Assembly (NCBI RefSeq): GCF_964194155.1
Contig: NC_135893.1
Location: forward strand, 65,596,001-65,660,000
Direction of reading: 5' to 3'
DNA from: Cetorhinus maximus
Lineage: Eukaryota
Length of the DNA: 64,000 nucleotides
Part shown: piece after piece, positions 62,565 through 64,000 of the stretch
How positions within the stretch are numbered: position 1 is the stretch's first letter
Layout of the letters: each line of letters starts with the position of its first letter
Notes under the pieces: model-generated
Databases searched by the model: none
The model's input: the letters and a program-made list of their open reading frames with translations, nothing else
What the model was told of the DNA's origin: nothing
Position numbers and translations under genes: made by a program

Positions 62565-63346
62565 TTACACTTCTGTTGAACAATTACTCTGCACTGGGAA
62601 CCATCTGAAACTCTGATTTAAATCTTTGGATGGTTCCAACTGTCTTACAGGAATAGTTAGAAAAATTAAAACCACTTCTAACTCCTGGGTAACCATAGTA
62701 TTGAACCCCCACGGCACCCTGACTGCCCTTCCCAACCTCCAACTAACCTCCACTAGCCCCCCACGCCCCCCCCACCCCTCCCATAACTACATCCCCACCC
62801 TCCACAGCAGTCACCCACTACTGTCCCATCCGACTATCCTCCCACCCCCTACGCGACCCCCTGACCATCCCCCCACTGATCACTCATGCGCCCCCCCCCC
62901 AAAAGGCCATGCCCCCCCACTGATCACCGACCCCCCTTACCAAATGCAGTCAAACTCCTACTGATCACCCGATTCCCCCACTGACCACCCCCACCAATGA
63001 ACCAACCCCCCACTGACCATCCGCGGCCCTGTTCACTACCCGTGTCCCCCTCTACGGGCCACCAACCACACCTCCCACCACTGGCCACCTACTGACACCA
63101 CCCGATCTCCCCAACCCCACATCCTACTCACTTACCTTACACACTGGCTTCTCAAAGTGGCTGGTCCTTTAAACATACCTGCTTTATAGCAGCTAGCGTT
63201 GTAAGAACGGAGTGTGTCCTCCTTACCCTCGACTCTCCTGCACTGCACTATTCTCATCCGACCTGAGTCAGAGGGTCGGGCGAGAAAAGTATGGCTGCAT
63301 TTCAGTCTAAGTAATTAGGAGGGGAGTGGCATGGAAGCTATGGCCC
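62565..63346. mobile_element. Non-autonomous Harbinger-like element, family C (left-truncated)
   Basis: gcactgggaaccatc.gaaa..gatttaaatc...aaaccacttct...gggtaac and gcagctag.gttgtaa blocks match 28880-29900; ends ggaagctatggccc. Confidence 0.6.
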
Positions 63347-64000
63347 ATAAATTTGTCCGTGACAACAGTCATAACTGATTCTCTTTTTCACTGGTTATGA
63401 GCAATTTTCCTTTAAAATTTAACTGTTGTGTGTAGTCAGTTTTTCAGTCTGCAATCCATTTCAAATTTTTGCAGTCACACATATTATTTGTCAGGGAACA
63501 AGGCCTGTGTGGCATCTTCCGGAATGCTGCACCGTGTGCACACATACAGCTTAGTAGGAACCTTGGTTAAAAATCCATACCATAAATCTGCAGATAATTC
63601 AGCCTAATTGGGCTTACACTATCTTACTCCCAGTATAGGATGAAACTGGTGTTCCTGGCAATTATAATGCAATAAAAAGCACAGGTATAAAACAGGTTTT
63701 CTTCACTGAGAACTCACTCTGACTTCTCCATTAAATTAGAGAAGACAGCATTTTGACCCCAAGGTTAGTTGGTATGGAAAATGTCACAGTGACATATTGG
63801 TGGGAGGGAATACTCTCCCAATGCCACAGTTAAGGTGCATTATCAGGGAAGTGTTGAGGGAGTTTAACACCACATGTTATCCATGCAGCAAACAACCTTG
63901 GGAGTGATTGATATTCAAAAGCCTAGATTTAATATCTTTAGTTAAATGAGCACAAACAAATTCAGCCATTAAAAAAGATCAAAAGACTTTACTTGAAGGT

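Overview
Eukaryotic DNA that is repeat-rich and looks intronic or intergenic. The repeat families (Deu-domain SINEs, CR1 with esterase ORF1, L2, Penelope remnants) suggest a cartilaginous fish (shark); this is an inference. I found no intact host protein-coding gene, and most ORFs in the track are TE fragments or low-complexity artefacts. Main content: (1) a full-length but decayed two-gene PIF/Harbinger transposon (51902-56806, ATG TSD), a transposase-less relative (1-2331) and about a dozen Harbinger-type MITEs of several families; (2) a full-length decayed Gypsy LTR retrotransposon (21771-26197, GTATA TSD, tRNA-Ser PBS); (3) a ~3.15 kb single-ORF EN+RT LINE (13191-16341) with a tRNA-derived head, whose 5' and 3' ends appear joined together as short SINEs elsewhere in the window; (4) a 5'-intact, 3'-truncated CR1 (40040-43075); (5) Penelope remnants with minimal hammerhead ribozyme motifs, one a 100-bp insert with a 7-bp TSD; (6) a histone H2A pseudogene fragment missed by the ORF track; (7) several local duplications. 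All family assignments come from recalled motifs and hand alignment, not database searches. Boundaries of old repeats are approximate.
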